Source of the DNA: Ostreococcus lucimarinus
Lineage: Eukaryota
Assembly (NCBI GenBank): GCA_000092065.1
Contig: CP000581.1
Direction: 5' to 3' (one strand)
Length of the DNA stretch: 64,000 bases
Shown here: piece by piece, positions 49,885 through 60,588 of the stretch
Layout of the letters: each line of letters begins with the position of its first letter
Numbering within the stretch: position 1 is the first letter of the stretch
Notes under the pieces: generated by a model
What the model saw: only the letters and a program-made list of their open reading frames with translations
What the model was told of the DNA's origin: nothing
Databases searched by the model: none
Position numbers and translations under genes: made by a program

Positions 49885-50124
49885 TCGCGCGCGTGATCGA
49901 CGCATAGTTTTCCTCGCGCTAGAGCCGCGCTCGCGTCCTCGTGACGTCTCCTCGGCCAAGCGGCTTCGGCCTCCGAAGAGATCGATACGACGCGTTCGCG
50001 ACCCCGCGCGAGGAAACGCAGTGTAAAACAATCAACCAGCTCAGAAATCAGCGCTCCCTCGCCGCCGGCGTCGCACCCGTGCATATATTCTGCTATCTCT
50101 TACAAACGCCGCCCCGACGGCTCG

Positions 50125-50568
50125 CTACGTACGCCGACTCAGTGTCCGTCCCCCTTCGACGCCTTCACGCTCGCCACGCGCTTCATGTACCTACGCGCGA
50201 GCGCACAAACGCGACGATTATTCCGTCAGTCGCCCATCGCGCCGCGCGCGCGTTCGCTCAGACACCATCAAGCGCGACACCGATCGCCATCGCCACCGTC
50301 GCGCCGATCGCCGTCGACGCCTCGCGCGCGACGCGCGTCCGACGCGCGCGCGACGCGTCGATCGAGGTCGCACGCACTCTTTGTATTGACACTTCTCGTA
50401 CACGTGTCGCTCGTGCCCGCACTTCCACGGGAGGTAGAAGGATTTGCGCCTGCACTCGTTCAGTGGGATGAGAAGGTGCGCGCAAAAGTCTCTGTATCCG
50501 ATGTCGAGCTTGGCGCGCTTCATGTCCTCGCGCGAGGCTATCATTTCGCTTTGGTCGGACGAGCCCAT
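50125..50568 (-). CDS. NDUFB7: NADH dehydrogenase [ubiquinone] 1 beta subcomplex subunit 7 (NDUFB7/B18). Probably two exons complement(50374..50568) and complement(50125..50190); intron 50191..50373
   Basis: MGSSDQSEMIASREDMKRAKLDIGYRDFCAHLLIPLNECRRKSFYLPWKCGHERHVYEKCQYKEC is collinear with plant NDUFB7 (twin Cx9C, ...LPWKCEDERHVYEKCEYE). After ...KEC the unspliced ORF runs into an Arg-rich tail. TGC|GTGCGA fits the local donor consensus. An intron with GACTGAC 34 nt before a TAG acceptor would give the C-terminus VHEARGEREGVEGGRTLSRRT. Confidence 0.7.
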
Positions 50569-50810
50569 GCCTGCGGTGGACGCGCGCGTCGGCGTGTGAG
50601 GCGCGGGGCGAATCGACGAGAGCGAGACGCTGTCGGGTTACGGCGGGCGAGGCCGGACGCGAGAGAAAGACGGGCGGTGACGGTGAAGACTAGGCGCCGT
50701 GAGACCGTTCTCGTAAGAGTACGCGCGGTGCGTTTCGGGCGTTGAATGGGTACGTGTTACACTTGCATGGCGATTGTCTGAGAGTCGCGCGCGCGCGAAA
50801 TCGAAGACGT

Positions 50811-52637
50811 TCACGCCGCGGGCGTTCTGCGCTTGATCTTCATGGGGAGGCCGCCGGCGGTGTGAATGGTGGCGCCCATCTCCATGCCGATATCTTTCGG
50901 GTCCTTTTGTAACTCGAAATCGTATCGGCGAAGCGTCATCGCCATCGCGATGGTGGCTTCGAGCATGGCGAATTGGTCGCCGATGCACTTTCGCGCGCCG
51001 GCGCCGAATGGGATGAAGGCGAAATCAGAGGCGACTTCGTTGGGGTAGAGCCCAGTGAGCAAATCGGGGTTGTATCCGGCCCAGTCTTTGACGCCTGGGT
51101 TCTTGAAAGGGCGCTTGAATCGGAATGGGTCGAATTCGTCGGGGTTTTCCCAGCACTCGGGTGAGCGGTGCAAATTCCACACGCTGATAAAAATATCCAT
51201 CCCCTTGATGAGAGTCACTTCGACATCTCCCGCGCCCTTGGGCAGCGTCACGTCTTCGAGGCATCGACGAATGAGAATCGGTGGCTCTGGGTACAGACGC
51301 AACGCCTCGGCGATGCACAAACGGACAGACTCGAGCTTTTGGATGTCGTCGTACGTGGGCGTTCTGTCGTCGTCGCCGAAGACTTCGTCGATGTCGGCTT
51401 GGATCCTCTTGAGCAATTCAGGCTTTTGCACCAAACAAAACAAGCCCCACGTGAGCACAGCGGCGGTGGTCTCGTGACCAGCGATGAGCATGGTCATCAA
51501 ATCATCGCGAAGCTGCACGTCCGTGACGTCGGCGCCTCGAATGTCGACCAGAAATCGCAACAAGGACGGATCCTTGACTTTGCTGTAATCTCTGTTTTGC
51601 AACTCTTCCAAATCGTCCGTGCCTTCGAACTGTTGCGCTTGCTTGATCAATCCGTTCAACGTGTCGTTGATGATGGACATATTCTTCTTAAACTCGCGCT
51701 GTCGAGGGACGATGTCCGTCGCGAAGGGCAAGTTCCAATAGGGAAAATAAAACGTACTGCGATGCGCCGCCTCTTGCAAGCAGTTGTACACGGCGCTGAT
51801 GATGGGAGACTCCTTTGTCACCGACCCAAAATCGTAGTTGAATACCGCCAAGCCGATAATATCCAAACTCACAGAGCAAAAACGCTCCTCCATGTCCACC
51901 ACTTCGCCGCTCGCCGCGGCTTTATCCAAATTCCGCACGAGCGCGTTCGAGCAGTGACCGAACAAGCCGACCATGTGATCGAGCCACGCCTTGTGAAATC
52001 CCGGCACGAGTTGCCGACGGCGATTCTTCCACACGGCGTACGGCGCTGGAATCAGTCCCTGTCCCATGATTGGCTCCAAAATCTCCGCCAGCACCCCTTT
52101 ATCGAACGAAAACGGCTTCTCCTTCAGCACCTCTCGCACGACGACGGGATCGCTCAGCACCATGAAAACCTTGGGCCCGAACGCCAACTTGAACACCCCA
52201 CCGTACCTTCGAAAGTACGGGTACAGCGCCAAGAAAATCGGTCCCCCCACCAAATCATCGATCACGCCCTCGCACACGGGCGCGTTATCCTTGCTCTCCT
52301 TATCGCCGTACGTCTGCAAAATCTGCGTCACCCACAGCGAGACGATGTCGCGAAACTTGAGCTCCTCGGGCTTGAAATCATCGCTCGGGATCGTCTCCTC
52401 CTCCGGTTCCTTCACCGCCCGCGCGACGACCGCGCGATTCCACGCGTCACCGACCGCGCGTTCGCGCGCGGCGTCGCCCCGCCGCGGCGTCGCGCGACGC
52501 ATCGCGCGCGTCGGCGCCGACAGAGCCGCTAGGGCAACTCTAGCGCTTCGCGCGCGCCGCGCGCCCGCGCGCGCGCGACGCGCGCCGAGCGTCGTCGACG
52601 TCGACACCGCGGCGCTCGATACCATCGCGGCGTGCAT
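50811..52637 (-). CDS. CYP97: Cytochrome P450 CYP97 family (plastid carotenoid hydroxylase, LUT1/LUT5-like) with a transit peptide
   Basis: LIAGHETTAAVLTWGLFCLV (I-helix AGxxT), ESVRLCIAEALRLYPEPPILIRRCLED (ExxR/PERF region) and FIPFGAGARKCIGDQFA (heme-binding FxxGxRxCxG). Strongly CYP97-like over the whole length. The first ATG is 52637 (MHAAMVSS...). Confidence 0.9.
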   Translation of the reverse strand: MHAAMVSSAAVSTSTTLGARRARAGARRARSARVALAALSAPTRAMRRATPRRGDAARERAVGDAWNRAVVARAVKEPEEETIPSDDFKPEELKFRDIVSLWVTQILQTYGDKESKDNAPVCEGVIDDLVGGPIFLALYPYFRRYGGVFKLAFGPKVFMVLSDPVVVREVLKEKPFSFDKGVLAEILEPIMGQGLIPAPYAVWKNRRRQLVPGFHKAWLDHMVGLFGHCSNALVRNLDKAAASGEVVDMEERFCSVSLDIIGLAVFNYDFGSVTKESPIISAVYNCLQEAAHRSTFYFPYWNLPFATDIVPRQREFKKNMSIINDTLNGLIKQAQQFEGTDDLEELQNRDYSKVKDPSLLRFLVDIRGADVTDVQLRDDLMTMLIAGHETTAAVLTWGLFCLVQKPELLKRIQADIDEVFGDDDRTPTYDDIQKLESVRLCIAEALRLYPEPPILIRRCLEDVTLPKGAGDVEVTLIKGMDIFISVWNLHRSPECWENPDEFDPFRFKRPFKNPGVKDWAGYNPDLLTGLYPNEVASDFAFIPFGAGARKCIGDQFAMLEATIAMAMTLRRYDFELQKDPKDIGMEMGATIHTAGGLPMKIKRRTPAA

Positions 52638-52751
52638 CGCGCGACGGACGCGCGCGTCGCGTCTGCGTCGCGGAATACCGTTCGTCAACCGACCGCTCGA
52701 GCGCGACGCGACGCGCGCGCGTCAGTCGTCGGCGCGCGCGCGACGGCCCGC

Positions 52752-53537
52752 ATGGCCGACGACGCGGCGCGCGCGCGCGTCGGCGAGCCCGTGGGCGCGC
52801 GCAAGCGTCGATTACCGGCGAGCGTGCGCGACGCGGCGAGACCGAAGGCGAAGACGACGCCGAGAGAGAAATCCGCGCGCGGTGCGAGCGCGCGCGAGAA
52901 CGCGCGGACGACGGCGCGCGGGCGCGCGGCGAATCAGGTGACGGAGAACGCGCGCGCGGAATCCCCGGTGCGCGAGGAAGCGCGTTTGTACGACGTGGTG
53001 TCGGACGACGACGAGGACGACGACGCGGCGGCGCGCGCGGCGGCGGTTCCGACGGCGTCGACCTCGACGGCGACGACGCTGACGAGCACGGCGATCGGGT
53101 GCGTGAAGACCGTCACGGATGATGCGCTCGTGGAGGCGGCTCGATTTTATTGCGGCTCGAGCACGAAAGCGAAAGCGTTGGCGAGCGCGGCGGAGCCGTC
53201 GGCGCCGTCGGCGCCGACGCCGGATTCGCCGCCGCGCGAGCCTCCGCCCGCGAAGCCCGCGCCATCGCGTCGGCCGTTGCCGTGGTCCAATAAGCTCGAA
53301 ACGTTCGATGATATGTTCTCCATGTTCACCGGCGGTACGGCGGCGCCGAGCGGGGTTTCCCAGCCGTCGACGGCGGCGAATGCGAACGCGTCGCGAGGCG
53401 CCGCCGCGGAAACCTTCGTCGAGGCGCTTCGCTCGCAGCCCGATCCCGCGACCGTGACGGCGAAAACCAAGCCCAAACTCAGTTTCGCCGCGCTCATGGC
53501 GAACGACGAGCCGGAATCGTTCGAGGACTCCGATTAG
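52752..53537 (+). CDS. Hypothetical low-complexity protein (Ala/Pro/Ser-rich, acidic DDDEDDD block)
   Basis: ORF 52632..53537 with the first ATG at 52752 (MADDAARARV...). It ends ...KPKLSFAALMANDEPESFEDSD. No recognisable domain; coding status is moderately supported by length only. Confidence 0.35.
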   Translation: MADDAARARVGEPVGARKRRLPASVRDAARPKAKTTPREKSARGASARENARTTARGRAANQVTENARAESPVREEARLYDVVSDDDEDDDAAARAAAVPTASTSTATTLTSTAIGCVKTVTDDALVEAARFYCGSSTKAKALASAAEPSAPSAPTPDSPPREPPPAKPAPSRRPLPWSNKLETFDDMFSMFTGGTAAPSGVSQPSTAANANASRGAAAETFVEALRSQPDPATVTAKTKPKLSFAALMANDEPESFEDSD

Positions 53538-53663
53538 ACTAGCCCGATTAGAATAGTAATCAGCGCGCATGTACTCCCGGGTGTTTGCCCTAGTCGAAAA
53601 CAGTTGCTCGGCGCGTCGTTCGCCTCGCACACGCCCGCGCGACGCGCGCGCGCTCGGCTGGAC

Positions 53664-55002
53664 ATGCTCGCCGCGATCGCGAAACGCGCCGCCTCGTCAG
53701 CGTGCGCCCGGACGGTGCGCGCGACGCGAAGCGACGACGCGCGAGTCGACGATCGCTCGACGCGTGGGATCGATTGCGAAACGATCGGTCGCGCGCGCGA
53801 CGCGGTGACGCGCGCTCGCGCGCTCGAACGACGGCGAAACGAATGACTGATGGATCGCACGCGAACAGACGACGACGCACGCGCGTTGGACGCGGGCGTT
53901 CGCGGCGGATGCGAACGATGAGAAGATGGTCATCGAGACGCCGGTGCCGTTCAAGGGACATCTCATCGTACCGCCGTCGCAGATGGTGGAGACGACGAAG
54001 AGCGAGATTATCGATATGTTCACGCAGGCGTACATGATGCGTCGATTGGAGATCGCGGCGGATGTGCTTTATAAGGGGAAGTTTATTCGCGGTTTTTGTC
54101 ACCTGTACGACGGTCAAGAGGCGGTGTGCGTGGGCATGGAAGCGGCGTTGAATAAGCAAGACGCGGTGGTGACGTCGTATCGGGATCATTGTATTCATCT
54201 TGGTCGTGGAGGGACGCCGCTCGAGGTGATGGCGGAGTTGATGGGACGCGTGGACGGCGCGGCGAAGGGGATCGGCGGGTCGATGCACATGTACCGCCGA
54301 GAGGCAAACTTTTTCGGCGGCAACGGCATCGTCGGCGCGCAGACCGCGATCGGGGCCGGTTTGGGGTTCGCATTCAAGTACAACAAACAACCGAATGTGG
54401 CGGTGACGATGTATGGAGACGGGGCGGCGAATCAAGGGCAGTTATTCGAGGCGCTCAACATGGCGGCTCTCTGGGATTTGCCCGTGATTTTCATGTGCGA
54501 AAACAACCATTACGGTATGGGTACCGCACAAGATCGCAGTGCGAAGAGCCCTGTCTATTACAAGCGTGGGGATTACGTTCCGGGTTTGAAAGTTGACGGC
54601 ATGGACGCCCTCGCGGTGAAGCAAGCGATGAAGTTCGCGAAGGAGTACTGCGTCGCGGGCAACGGCCCGATCGTGATGGAGATGGACACGTACCGTTACC
54701 ACGGCCACTCCATGAGCGACCCGGGAAGCACGTACCGTACGCGCGATGAAATCACGGGCATTCGCCAAGAGCGCGATCCCGTCGAGCGTTTGCGCAAGCT
54801 TATCACTGAACATAATTTGCTCGACGCGACGCAAATTAAGCAAATCGAAAAGGAGCAACGGCGCATCGTCGACGAGGCTGTCGAGCAAGCCAAGGCGAGC
54901 CCGCTGCCGCCGAACGAAAACTTGACTAAAAACATGAACACCAACTTGGAGAACATCGTCGTTCGCGGCGTAGACTCGCAGACTTTCCACGCTTTAGTTT
55001 AA
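53664..55002 (+). CDS. PDHA: Pyruvate dehydrogenase E1 component alpha subunit, mitochondrial. Exon 2 = 53869..55002; putative presequence micro-exon 53664..53714 (intron 53715..53868, GTGCGC...CAG)
   Basis: Exon 2 covers the whole mature enzyme ([11 protein letters not shown]... [19 protein letters not shown] ... TPP motif GDGAANQG ... [21 protein letters not shown]). The in-frame sequence upstream of its ATG ([19 protein letters not shown]) has no Met and follows a CAG. An upstream exon [17 protein letters not shown] ends in ACG|GTGCGC in a compatible phase and would give a typical mitochondrial presequence. The branch-like motif AATGACTGATGG lies 17 nt before the CAG. Confidence 0.85.
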
Positions 55003-55065
55003 GGAGAGACAGCTGACGTGAATAGGAATAAAAATTAAAACCAACAAAACGACGCCGCGACAGAA

Positions 55066-56103
55066 TTATTTGTTAAACGCGTCAACGAGCGTGCCAACCG
55101 CGAAGAGAATGAACAACGAACCGCCCGCGTACGCCACGACGCGCTCAGAAATGTAATCGCCTATGACGTCGCCGATGGTGACGGCTCCGGCGGTGGCGAT
55201 GAAATGCCCCGCGAGCGCCCCGCCGACAACTTGACCTGGGTCAGCCGCAGCGGCTAACGCGATGGTGGCGAAAAACGACTTATCGCCCCATTCGGCGCCG
55301 AACACTAGCGCAGCCGTGGTCGCGATCAACGCCATCTCGTCGTTAAACGTACTACCCAAGCCTTCCACGGCTTCCTTGGCGTCCTCCTCCTCCTCCTCAG
55401 CTTTGCTCTCCTCCGCCGATCGAATCGTTTGCACGCCGAAGAACAACAACAACCCGGCCGCTAAGAAGTCATCCCACGGAACGCTCGTCTCGAACGGCAA
55501 ATTCTCATCCAACTGATGAAGAAACTGGCCGAGCGTCACCGAAATCACCGTCATCGCCGCGAGCGCCCCGTACGTCCCCGCGAACACCGCCTTTTTATCC
55601 TGCTGCAGCGCCAGCAGCACGGCGATGAAGAACGTCTTATCCCCAATCTCACTGAACAAAATTAAAAGCAACCCTTGCAAAAATCCGCCGTCCGCGGCGT
55701 CGTCCGCGACGACCTCAGCCGCCGCGCGCGCGTGCTCGGGCGCCAGCAGCGCGAGCGCCGCCGCCCCCGCCCCCGCCGCGCACGTCCGCACCACCGTCGT
55801 CGCCGTCGTCGCCGTCGCGACTTCGCGCGCGATGGCATCGCGTCCGCGCGCGTCCGTCGCCGTCCCCGCGCGCGTCGTCGTCGCCGTCGTCGCCGTCGCG
55901 CGCGTCGCGCCGACGCATCTTGTGGATAAACTTTTCGTCGCGTTCGAACGCGCGACGCGTCGCGCGGGCGTCCCGCGCGCGCTCGCGCGCGGGACCGCGC
56001 GCGCGAACACCGTCGCTCGCATCGCGCGCGCGAGCCTCGCGGCGCCGGGCGTCGCGCAGTGCGCGACGCGGCGCGTCACTTCGCCGCGCCGGTCGGTCGC
56101 CAT
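55066..56103 (-). CDS. GDT1/TMEM165/UPF0016-family cation (Ca2+/Mn2+):H+ antiporter (PAM71/CCHA1-like) with a transit peptide
   Basis: Two copies of the family signature E-x-G-D-K-T/S (SEIGDKTFFIAVLLA and AEWGDKSFFATIALA) in two 3-TM halves separated by an acidic loop. The N-terminus MATDRRGEVTRRVAHCATPGAARLARAMRATVFARAVP is presequence-like. Confidence 0.85.
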   Translation of the reverse strand: MATDRRGEVTRRVAHCATPGAARLARAMRATVFARAVPRASARGTPARRVARSNATKSLSTRCVGATRATATTATTTRAGTATDARGRDAIAREVATATTATTVVRTCAAGAGAAALALLAPEHARAAAEVVADDAADGGFLQGLLLILFSEIGDKTFFIAVLLALQQDKKAVFAGTYGALAAMTVISVTLGQFLHQLDENLPFETSVPWDDFLAAGLLLFFGVQTIRSAEESKAEEEEEDAKEAVEGLGSTFNDEMALIATTAALVFGAEWGDKSFFATIALAAAADPGQVVGGALAGHFIATAGAVTIGDVIGDYISERVVAYAGGSLFILFAVGTLVDAFNK

Positions 56104-57031
56104 GGCGTCGTCCGAGCGCGCGCTCGCGACGCCGTCCTGGCGCGCGGTGTCGCGCGCGGTGGCGGCGCGCGCGATGTGGTACGCGCTCGACGCGCCGTGC
56201 GCGTGGAGCTTGGGCGCGGAGGACGCGCGCGCGGCGCGATGGGACGAAGACGAAGCGACGACGTCGCGGATGGTTGACGAGGACGACCTCGACGACGACG
56301 GCGCGCTGCTGCGCCTGCGCGAGGCGCGCGCGACGAAGCTGACGCACGTTCGAGGGTCGTTCGACGCGCACTTGGTGGACGTGCGGGATTGGTTGGCGCG
56401 GTTCGGCGCGCCTCGCTCGGTGGCGCGGGCCGGCCTCGGCCACGCGGCGTACGGGAGCGAGTTGTTTCCGTGCGCGGTGGCGTCGTTCGGCGCGCATCGC
56501 TCGATGTTTCGCGCGGTTTGTGGGCGCGCGAGCGAGCGGTTGATGTTTCTGTACGCGACGTGCAGTCAGAGAAAGTTTTATCGATGGGCGTTGACGCGCG
56601 CGGGGGCGTTCGATCGAGAGACGGCGGCGGTGAATTTTTACACGGGAGAAACGACGCGCGCGTTGTCGGGATTCGAGATTGCGAGTCTGGCGTTGATACA
56701 CGCGGCGGATATTTTGAGCGTGCAGACGCCGGGGAGGGCGGTGAACACGGCGACGGCGTTCGCGATGTGTTTGGTGGCGAGCGCGGCGGCGACGTTTCGC
56801 GAAGAGACGCGAGACGGAGACGCGGACGCGAGTCTCGTCGATTTCGCCGACGCGCTCGAAAACGACGTCTTGGACGATATCTTAAAAGCCATGGTCGCCA
56901 CGTCCGAGCGGAAAAGCAAAAGCGCGTGGCGAGAGTTGCGCGAAGAGGCGATGGCGCGAGCGCGCCATCGCTTGCGCCGAACGCGAATCGACGCCGTCAT
57001 GGTGATGCGAGCCACGGGCGTTTTGAATTAG
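56102..57031 (+). CDS. Hypothetical protein; weak resemblance to the HD-domain hydrolase pattern (H...GLGHAAYGSE)
   Basis: The downstream 310 aa of track ORF 55625..57031, starting MASSERALATPSWRAVS... The upstream part is antisense of the GDT1 gene. Composition is coding-like. Function uncertain. Confidence 0.4.
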   Translation: MASSERALATPSWRAVSRAVAARAMWYALDAPCAWSLGAEDARAARWDEDEATTSRMVDEDDLDDDGALLRLREARATKLTHVRGSFDAHLVDVRDWLARFGAPRSVARAGLGHAAYGSELFPCAVASFGAHRSMFRAVCGRASERLMFLYATCSQRKFYRWALTRAGAFDRETAAVNFYTGETTRALSGFEIASLALIHAADILSVQTPGRAVNTATAFAMCLVASAAATFREETRDGDADASLVDFADALENDVLDDILKAMVATSERKSKSAWRELREEAMARARHRLRRTRIDAVMVMRATGVLN

Positions 57032-57257
57032 CGTCGCCGGTCGCGACGGGATTCAAACTAGTACGTCAGAGGTAGATACAAAGTTAGATGGTAGCGACGT
57101 TTTAAGTCATCGTAGGTGGTGGGATTCTAAGTCATCGTAGGTGGTGGCATGCAACGCCGATTCGCGTCGCCGAGGCCTCTCGCCTAACAACGCGCGCAGA
57201 ACACAACTTTCGAGACATCAATCGTCTCGACGTTGCCGACACCAGTGCGCGTCGCCC

Positions 57258-58362
57258 ATGCGCGCGCGCGTCGATGACATTTTACGCGCGCAGCCTACGT
57301 CGCAGAGTATCCCCGCCGAAGTCGTCGCGTACGAACTCAAGCGACTCATCCTCGAGGTGTGCCCCGCGCGCGACGATTCGCGTCCCGAGGCGCAAGACTG
57401 ACCATGTGACATAGCTCGACGAAAACGTCCACGACAGCGCGCGCTCGTCAACCTGGCCGTCCGTCCGTACATTTTTCGTCGACTCTCTGCAGTTGATCGA
57501 GTCGTCCGAGCCCGCGCGACGGGTCGCTGAAGCGTTGCGCGATTTGGAAGCGAGCTTTCTGATCACGTCTCAAAAACAGCAATGGCTCGACGGCGAACGC
57601 GAGGATTGGCTTGAGACCGTGCGCCTAGTTGCACGAGTGGTTGATCGACCGTTGATGACTTTTGGGTTACTGAGAGTGATTGGTTCTTTGCTGAACGATC
57701 TGGCGATGTCGCTGAAGGAGGGTTCGTTCGTGCCGGCGTTCACGCGCCCTCGGACAGCCGTCGATGCGACGAGGAAATCGTTGTGGCACGCTCGAGTGGA
57801 GGCGATCTTGATCAGTGGTATCGCGACCGACGAGCGCGACGCGCGCGTGCTCGAAGAGCGATACTTTAGCGACGTGTTGCGACTACGCGCGCCCGAGGCG
57901 AGCGAACAGCCGGTTTTGTTGAACGCCACGCGGTTCGTCGCGCCGATGCCTCGCGAAGAAACTCGAGTTCCCGCGGAGCGGGAACGCGAGCTCAGACTCG
58001 CGCAGTCGTACAACTTTTCTACGGATGTACTTATACGAAGACAGGAGACTCGACGGCGATGTGCGCCACGAAGGCTCATGATTAGCGATGAGGACGAAGA
58101 TGATCCTTACAGCGCCGTCGGCGGCGACGCGGAAGAGCTTGAAAGACTTCGCGGCGAGGTCGCTCGATTGCAAATCGAACGCGAGCAAGAGGTATTGTGC
58201 ACGATTTGCTACTCGAACAAGCGTGACACTGTCGTGTGTCCGTGCTTACACTTGATGTATTGCAGCGCGTGCATCGCGCGACTTCGAGACCAGGGAGGGA
58301 GCGAAGCGCGGTGTCCACATTGTCGATGCGCGATGACGGGGTTGTTGCAAATATTCTCGTGA
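57258..58362 (+). CDS. RING-type (C3HC4, C-terminal) E3 ubiquitin ligase. Main exon 57493..58362 (or from 57415); probable upstream exon 57258..57356
   Basis: C-terminal RING CTICYSNKRDTVVCPCLHLMYCSACIARLRDQGGSEARCPHCRC. The track ORF begins at a TTG directly after the acceptor-like catttttcgtcgactctctgcag. The in-frame region has no ATG for 54 codons. Upstream ORF MRARVDDILRAQPTSQSIPAEVVAYELKRLILE ends in GAG|GTGTGC. GACTGAC at ~57396 sits 12 nt before one possible acceptor (ATAG at 57414) and 95 nt before the CAG at 57492. Both acceptors keep the frame. Confidence 0.6.
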
Positions 58363-58421
58363 ATGCACGATTTGCCGTTGTTATGTTACAGTACACATTC
58401 GTTTCGACTTGTAATGATCAA

Positions 58422-60299
58422 TTAGTCCGCGAGCACCTTACTAGACCAGCTGAGAGCGAGATTACGCGCGATGTTTGGCCCGTCGCCGACCGCGTTTTGC
58501 ACCAGCTTTTGGATATTGACCTCTCGTTGAAGCGTCGCAACGAGACGTGCGAGCTCGTCCACTTGTAAGCGATCGTCTTCCGTCAACGCGAGGAGCAGTT
58601 GCTGACGAAGTTTAGCGTCCGTAAGAAGTAACCCCGCGCCATCCGTGGCGGTTTCCGTCAAATCGAGGTTCCCGCCGCCGTCTCGCGCGAGATCGATCAA
58701 GTTTTCAAGGCGGCGCCATTGAAACTTGTCTTGCTTGAACAACACTTGAATCAAGCGCTCGCGAAGCGAAACGTCTCGGTCTGTCAATAACCGCTTGGCG
58801 ACGTACGGATACGCGACTTCGAGAAACTTGAAGTCCGGCTTCAACGTCATGCAAATCCCTTCTTGCGTCAACAGCGAGCGGATGACGAGCGAAAACCGCT
58901 CTGGGATGCGAATTGGGTACTGGTACACGAGCTTGTTGAAACTCGACGTCACGGTGCGAAAGTTGAAATTGGCTAACGATGCCGTGCGAGCGTCTTGCCA
59001 AATGTCTTGAAGCGCCGGAACAATGGGCCGCACGTCCGTGCCTGGGGTCAAGAAACCGAGACGAATGAAATCACCCGCCATGCTTTCGTAGTCCTCGTTC
59101 ACCGCGTGCACGACGGCGTCGATGAGCACCTCCTTATTCGTTTGCGTCAGCTGCGCGACGTTCCCAAAATCTACGTACGCGATGCGCCCGTCGCGCATCG
59201 CGAAAATATTACCCGGATGCGGGTCGCCGTGGAATAATCCAAACTCCAACAACTGTCTCAGCCCGCTCACGACGCCCACCTTGATGAACTCCTCGACGTC
59301 GATGCCGGCGTCGACGATGCCTTGCGGATCTGTGCATCGAACGCCATCGATCCATTCCATGGTCAAAATCTTCGACCCGGAGTACTCTTTGTAGTACTTT
59401 GGGATCTTCACGATGGGATCGTCCTTGAAATTGTCGTAAAAATCGCTCAAGTTGCGCCCCTCTTGCACGTAATCGAGTTCCTCCAAGAGCTTCTCGCCAA
59501 ACTCGTCCACGATGAGCTGGGCGTTGCAACCCAACGCGCGCACGGAGTAGCCGTTGATGAACCACGCCAGCGTGCGAAACAATAACAAGTCTCTGTAAAT
59601 GATGGGCTCGATCCCCGGCCGTTGCACCTTGATGGCGACTTCCTCGCCGCTCTCGCGAAGCGTCGCTCGGTACACCTGCCCGAGCGACGCCGCCGCGATC
59701 GGATCGCTCGAAATCACCGAGAACACCTCATCGATCGGTCGTCCGAGCTCGCTTCGAATGATATCAAACGCGGTCGCGTTATCGAACGGCGGCACGTCGT
59801 CTTGAAGCTTGCACAACTCCTCCATGTAATCGCTTCGCACGATATCCGGCCGGTTCGCCAACACCTGCCCCGCCTTGACGAACGACGGCCCCAACTTCGC
59901 CAACTGCACCCTCAGCTGCTCGCTTCGACTCACCACGCGTTCGGTTTCGTTCAACTTATCGTACAGCAACCCACTCGCGAACGCCGTGGCGTTGAACACG
60001 ATCTCCCCGCACCGCGCCGCCGTCCGCGCCGCTTCCCCCGGCCCTCGCATCGCGCGCTCTCTCACCACCGCCGGCGAGTACTTGGGCGCGATCGCGCACG
60101 CCCCGTTCTGCCCGTACAGTTCCTCCACGTCCCTCGCGTCCGGCTGCGCCACCGTCCCCGCGCTCGCCGTCGCGCCGTCGCCTCGCCGCCGCCTCTGGAT
60201 AAGCGCGCGCCGTCCCGTCGCGCCGCCCGTCGTCGCGCGCGTCGTCCCACCGCCGCGCGTCGCGCCGCGCGTCGTCGTCGTCATCATCGCCGTCGCCAT
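58422..60299 (-). CDS. ABC1/ADCK/UbiB-family atypical kinase (plastid ABC1K-like) with a Thr/Gly/Arg-rich transit peptide
   Basis: ABC1 domain: LGPSFVKAGQVLANRPDIV, AAASLGQVYRATL, EVAIKVQRPGIEP, HGDPHPGNIFAM, YVDFGNVAQL. The first ATG outside the Arg-rich junk of track ORF 58422..60971 is 60299..60297 (MATAMMTTTTRGATRGGG...). Confidence 0.85.
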   Translation of the reverse strand: MATAMMTTTTRGATRGGGTTRATTGGATGRRALIQRRRRGDGATASAGTVAQPDARDVEELYGQNGACAIAPKYSPAVVRERAMRGPGEAARTAARCGEIVFNATAFASGLLYDKLNETERVVSRSEQLRVQLAKLGPSFVKAGQVLANRPDIVRSDYMEELCKLQDDVPPFDNATAFDIIRSELGRPIDEVFSVISSDPIAAASLGQVYRATLRESGEEVAIKVQRPGIEPIIYRDLLLFRTLAWFINGYSVRALGCNAQLIVDEFGEKLLEELDYVQEGRNLSDFYDNFKDDPIVKIPKYYKEYSGSKILTMEWIDGVRCTDPQGIVDAGIDVEEFIKVGVVSGLRQLLEFGLFHGDPHPGNIFAMRDGRIAYVDFGNVAQLTQTNKEVLIDAVVHAVNEDYESMAGDFIRLGFLTPGTDVRPIVPALQDIWQDARTASLANFNFRTVTSSFNKLVYQYPIRIPERFSLVIRSLLTQEGICMTLKPDFKFLEVAYPYVAKRLLTDRDVSLRERLIQVLFKQDKFQWRRLENLIDLARDGGGNLDLTETATDGAGLLLTDAKLRQQLLLALTEDDRLQVDELARLVATLQREVNIQKLVQNAVGDGPNIARNLALSWSSKVLAD

Positions 60300-60588
60300 C
60301 GCGCGCGTCGCGTCGCGCTCCAACGCCCTCGCGCGCGTCGCGCGCGCCGTCGTGTGCGGACGCGCCGTGACGTCGACGCGCCCGCGCGCGCGCGGCGATT
60401 CGATTCGTCGCCGCCGACGCCGACGCGACGCGTTTTCGCGCGTTTTCGCGCGCGCGCCGAATCGCGAAAATTTCGTCGCGTCGCGTCGCGTCGCGCGCGC
60501 CGCGTTCGCGACGACGCCGCGCGCGCGATGCGTCGGCGCGAACGCGCGCGTCAGACGGCGACGCGGCGATTCGATTCGATTCGCGTCG

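Noticed and set aside
49885-50124. Visual search for a SECIS element downstream of the candidate Sec gene
   Set aside because: I could not fold a convincing canonical AUGA/AA/GA SECIS by eye. I saw only a weak GUGA-type candidate near 49893-49945. It is left as a required computational check, not reported as a feature.
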